A DNA stretch of 64,000 nucleotides from the human T2T-CHM13v2.0 reference genome, Homo sapiens. Position numbers and translations under genes: made by a program. The stretch lies in the NCBI RefSeq assembly GCF_009914755.1, contig NC_060927.1; one strand, written 5' to 3'. Under the pieces are notes generated by a model. It searched no databases. It worked only from the letters and a program-made list of their open reading frames with translations, and was not told where the DNA came from. Numbering within the stretch: the stretch's first letter is position 1; each line of letters begins with the position of its first letter. Of this stretch, positions 56,278 to 64,000 are shown piece by piece.

Positions 56278-56625
56278 GTTGGCAAAGGTTTGGGAGGGTA
56301 GTGGGGAGAGGGGGATACAGAGAGGATGGTTAATGGGTACAAAAATACAGTTAGATAGAAGGAATAAGATCTAGTGTTAGGCAGGACAATAGAGTGACTG
56401 TAGTTAGCAATAATTTATTGTATATTTCAAAATAACTCAAAGAGTGAAACTGCAATGTTCCTAACACAAAGAAATAATAAATACTTGAGGTGATGGATAT
56501 CCCAATTTACCTTGATTTGATCATTACACACTGTATGTTTGTATCAAAATATCACATATACCCCATAAATATGGACAACTATTATGTATCCATAACTAAA
56601 AATGCAAAATTATATTTAAAAAATC
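56278..56625 (+). mobile_element. L1MA4/5-like 3' end
   Basis: ggttaatgggtacaaaaatacagttagatagaaggaataagatctagtg. Confidence 0.82.
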
Positions 56626-59600
56626 ATTTCATAACACAAATCAAAGCTTTGAACTTGTACCCTTTGTAGACTTATAGTCAAATTGTAACTACTCAAGTGG
56701 AACAGAACCCATAACCCCCTGTCTTTCCCTCCTCCCACCTGATAAGAAAATAACAGAAACTCTTATGGCCCAGTGGTACACTTGGATTGCCTGGGAAGGG
56801 AACATAAAACCCACCATGGAAGGACACTCCAGTTACCCAGGCAACGTGGAATTTACATGCATATGCACAAAACAAGCCCTATTTAAAATAAATACACAAT
56901 CACACATCCACCTTGGAGCAAGAATCAGCAAACAGATAAACAAAACAACAAAAATAAGACTGTAGGATTAGAACCATAAGGACTTCTGATAAACCTATGA
57001 CTGAGACAGTAAATTGAATATATTTAAAATTATTAAAGGGATAAAAGGAGTAGAAAACAAAAGGAGAGAACACAATGCACAAATCAACATCTAGCATATG
57101 TGAAAAATAATCCGGTAGAAAGACAGGTTCCCAGCAATGTGAAGAGAATAGGGGGGTGAAAAGAGAGGAAAAAGCCATCTGGACTTATAAAAATGTGTCT
57201 GTTTCTCAGCGGCTGTGTTTTAGTTTCATGGCATTAAGAAACACAATATACTTCTTGGTAAATGGCATTGTACTTAAATACTTATGCTCTTATTCTAAAT
57301 AACTCCAACAGCTGTATTTCTTCAACCTTTGGCAATGAGTTCTATAATTAGAGTATGGTAATAGATCCCGGATCAGAAGCCAGAAAAGCGTAACCAGGTG
57401 TCCTCGCCACTTAGTCCCTCATGCTTTGGGGACCACATGTCTCTGATGATGCCGCTTCATTTCTTATAATGGTCCACTTTATCTTAGCTCTGAATACTAT
57501 CAGCTGAATTCAACTTATTCCTTCCTTTCTATTTTCTATAACAACCAAAAATAAATAAATAAGGCATAGATGCTGCTCTGTTCTTAAATGTTTTCCTCTT
57601 TCAGAAGCTGGCACCCATTTTCCCAACTGAGAAATGTATTACTCAGCTTTCTATTTCAGAAATTTTCACATTTTGCAATCGATGGATTCTTCAGTGACAG
57701 TGATCTGTGTATAGTAATTTATAGACCTTTCTGGCTATTCAGGTCTTTGTCATGCATTCCAATAGATCTATTCTACTATTTCTTTTTTGCACTGTGAATG
57801 CTCCCACTTTGTGTCTTACTCCCTTCTCCCCCAAGAGTCATTCTGGCCATTTGCTTTGTCTTCCCCTAGAAAACAGAATGCTGGCTATTCTTTAATAAAC
57901 TTGTGGTTGCTTGTGAATGCATGACATGTATTTTTACCTTAGAGAAAACCTAAATGTCTCATATGTTAATTTTTGGACAAACTTTAAAGTTGACTCATGA
58001 AGAGGATTCTCAGTATTCACATCTTTACTTTATGTTCTTTACAAATGTCTCCAATTTAAATTAACAGCTCCTCAGAATCACTGTCCTTAAACTCTGGGGA
58101 CAAAATTCTTACTTTTCAAAAATGTCAGATTCTTCAAGAGTTATAATTCATACCTTTGCCCCAGATACTTGAGAAAAAGAATTTCTTTTTATTTTTTAAA
58201 ACAAAAATTCTTATTAGAAACCCAGGCACAGAAACTCATCATGTGTCAGTGATAGAACACTTAGGGTGTTGAAATACTTGCTATCTGTATTTAAGTTTGT
58301 TGAAGAATGCTTTGCACATGGGGACAGTCAGATCTGGTATTAGGAGGCCTTTGGAAACTCCCCCCTGCTATAAAATCAGTGGAAGTCATGAAGCTTTCTA
58401 CTCACAACTGAGTCTTTTCTGAATCCAATAAGAAGTGATCCTATTCTGTCAGATCAGGGTCTGGGTCCTCATGAATCACTTCCTTTGTTGGTGCTGTGAA
58501 TGCATGTGTTGGGCCAACTGGACTGAGACCAAATTAGGGGCACCTGCATAACATACTATAATCAAACATAGTTACTTCAGTCCTCTGTGTAAAAATAACT
58601 ATGCGAAGAACTTCCAGATCAGTGAAGAGCAAGGGCCTCTGAAAATCTGCTTATCCACAAAAGCAATGAGAACACTGACAAAAAGTTGTCAAAATCAACT
58701 TTCTCAAAACTGAACTCTGGAAATTAATTAGTGAAGTTAATTACTGCTCCTTTGCAACAACCCAAGGAGAATTTATGCAGAAGAATGGCCGACACTCAGT
58801 AAGAACAGTGAGTTTTGTGGTATTTTAACTTTCTATAACTCATCACGTTTGCCCCAGTTTTGCGGCAGCCTTGAGAACCAACAACATCACAATTAGGGTA
58901 GCAGCCACTAGAGGGGACATAATGAGTTTAGAGGTCCCCAAAAGCATCATTCCTAGAGGATTTTCCAATTTTACCTGTTTGGCAACTCTTTGGAAATCCC
59001 TCACTTACAGAGGTTATATTTATTTGACCTGACTGAGAGCTTTCTCAGTCCAAACAGCCTTTTCCATAGGGCATTTGCTGAAAACAATCAGTAGTAATTG
59101 TTTAACATCATAGCTGCCAGAGTGAGGATATCAGTTGGGGCAAACAAAAAGCTAACTAAAAAACTGAGAAGGAAAAGCAGTAGAATGAAACCCCACTGGG
59201 AGTTTTGAACAGCTTTAATATACTCCAGGGAATCTAGCAGTCCACATGCATGTACAGGGCTGTATGCATGCTCATAAAAGACCAGAGAAGGCCCTAATCT
59301 CTTACCTCTAGCTGATCCTGAGTCCCAAAGCAAGCAGGAAGTGAAAGCTAAAGCAGGAGTAAAATGTCATAGAATATTGAAGGCATGCCCAAATAGGTTG
59401 ACAAAGCTAATCAGCAAGGGCTGGGAGATTTAATTGTTCAAGGCATTTAAGGAACTCTCTAGCCAATCATTAACTGACTACAAAGTTAACCAAACAGACT
59501 TCAGTAGCCATATGCAACAAAGAATACAAACTGTAAAGTAGTCATTTAGGAAAGTCACTGAACAAACAAATGGCAACAACAGCAAGAACAACAATACTAA

Positions 59601-59853
59601 CAAGAAACCCTTAAAAATGTGAATCTGATTATAAGGGTTGTCATATTACATTATTTAAAATACCTAGTTTACAGAAAAAATTATGAGAAATATAAAGAAA
59701 CAGAAAAATATGACCTTTACACAGAGAAAAAAAATAAGTCAAAAAAGACTGTCTCTGAAGGGGCCTATACATTGGATTTAATAGGCAAAAACTAAATTAG
59801 CTCATCTGAGGAACTAAAGAACACAACAACTAAAGACTTTTAAGAAAATATGA

Positions 59854-60157
59854 GGCTGGGCGTGGTGGCTCATGCCTGTAATCCCAGCACTTTGGGAGGC
59901 CGAGGCGGGTGGATCACGAGGTCAGGAGATCAAGACCATCCTGGCTAACACGGTGAAACCCCGCCTTGACTTAAAAAAAAAAAAAAAATTAGTCGGGCAT
60001 GGTGGTGGGTGCCTGTAGTCCCAGCTACTCGGGAGGCCGAGGCAGGGAACGGCGTGAACCCAGGAGGTGGAGCTTGCAGTGACCCGAGATCGCGCCACTG
60101 CACTCCAGCCTGGGAGACAGCAAGACTCTGTCTCAAAAAAAAAAAAAAAGAAAAGAA
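59854..60157 (+). mobile_element. AluY
   Basis: Y diagnostics; expanded mid-A run; TSD aagaaaa(t/c)a(t/c)g. Confidence 0.94.
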
Positions 60158-60757
60158 AAGAAAACACGTGTATAATGTCTAACAGATTGTCAACAGGGAA
60201 ATCAGAAAATATAAACAAAAAACAAATAGAAATTCTGGATTTGAAAAGTACATTAGTGGAAATGAAAAATTCACTGGAAGAGCTCAACAGCAGATACATG
60301 CTATCAGAATAAAGAATCAAAAACTGGGAGATAAGTCAAAGTCAATTGAGATTATCCAGTCAAAAAAGGGAGGCAGAAAAGAATAAAATAAGACTAACAA
60401 AGCCATAGAGAACCATAGCACACCACCATATAGTATCAATATATGCACAATGGGAGTCCCTAAAAGAGAGAAGAGAAAGTAGAAGAAAATTTTTGAAGAA
60501 ATAATGGCTGAAAACTTCCATACTTGATGAAGAATGTTAATCTATATATCCTAGAAACTCAACAAACTCTGTAGGGTAAACTCAAACAGATCTGCACTTG
60601 GTGCATTATAACCAATGATAACTGTCTTTTATACTTATACACTTGGCACATTATAACCAAACTGTCAAAAGTCAAAGCCAAAGAAAATCTTGAAAGTTGC
60701 AAGAAAGAAGTGATTCATCACGTGCAATAATCTTCAATAAGATTAATAGCTACTTTC

Positions 60758-61512
<755 letters not shown>

Positions 61513-61753
61513 AGAAATTAAAATGCTATTACATTTTGTGAAAAAGTGAGTTTCTTGCTAGCAGACCTCTCCTACAAGAAATACTAAAGGGAGCACTGCA
61601 GGCTGAAATGATGTAATACCAGACAGGAACTTAAAACCACATGAAGATATAGAGAACACAAGAAAAAGTATCTACACAGGTAAGCATAAAAGACAGTAAG
61701 AATAAATTTTTTATTTGTGACACTTTTATCTCCTGATTTGAAAGATAACTGAA

Positions 61754-62012
<259 letters not shown>

Positions 62013-62545
62013 TTATAAAACTGTGTTTATGGTTTATAATGTATAAAAAGTACCATTTGTATTATAATAATAGCACAAAGGAAAGGAGAGCAATTGGGAT
62101 TATATTTGAGCAAAATTTTATATACTTTTGAGATTAAATTAGTATTATGCAAACTAGCTTTTATACATGAAGATGTTAACTGTAATTCTTAGAGCAACCA
62201 CTATGAAAATAACTAAAAAATACAACATAAAAGAAACAATGGAATTAAAATAGTAAAGTAGAAAATATCTACTTAACATAAAAAAAATCAGTAAGGGAGG
62301 AATAGACGGCAAAAAAGAATAGGAGACATATGGAAAGTAAATAGCAAAATGGTAGATATAAAGTCCTACCTTATCAGTAATTATACTAATTACTAAGTAT
62401 AATTATCAGTAATTATACTAATTATAAATAAATTCAACACTTCAATCAAAAGGCAGATTCTGGCAGAATGAATTAAAAATATGTTTCAGCTTGAAAGCAA
62501 AAGGATGCAAAAAGATACCAAGAAAAGGGTAACGAAAAGAGCCCC

Positions 62546-64000
<1,455 letters not shown>

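Overview
Primate (human-like, catarrhine; AluY present), AT-rich and CpG-poor non-coding DNA. I find no host protein-coding exon, RNA gene or CRISPR array and cannot name the locus. Most of the window is transposable-element relics: about 19 Alus, a full-length dead L1PA7/8 split by a MER11 (HERV-K11) solo LTR, an internally deleted L1PA4/5 running off the right edge, several old L1M/L2/MIR copies, MaLR/ERVL/ERV1 LTRs and DNA-transposon MITEs. The long ORFs in the track come from repeats. The best observations are structural: (1) a ~1.2 kb minisatellite of 27-bp self-hairpinning units grown from the broken 3' end of an Alu; (2) a THE1 LTR fragment that looks like an L1-retroposed, polyadenylated THE1 transcript; (3) an L1 with two internal deletions, one fusing ORF1 in frame to ORF2; (4) an open 123-aa ORF0-homologous antisense frame in an otherwise dead L1PA7/8; (5) several template-switch scars, including a 17-bp patch in an Alu identical to sequence 1 kb upstream; (6) a perfect DR1 element beside a candidate 9-nt microexon. 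I see no convincing new multi-gene system. Subfamily labels are from recalled consensus sequences, not a RepeatMasker run.
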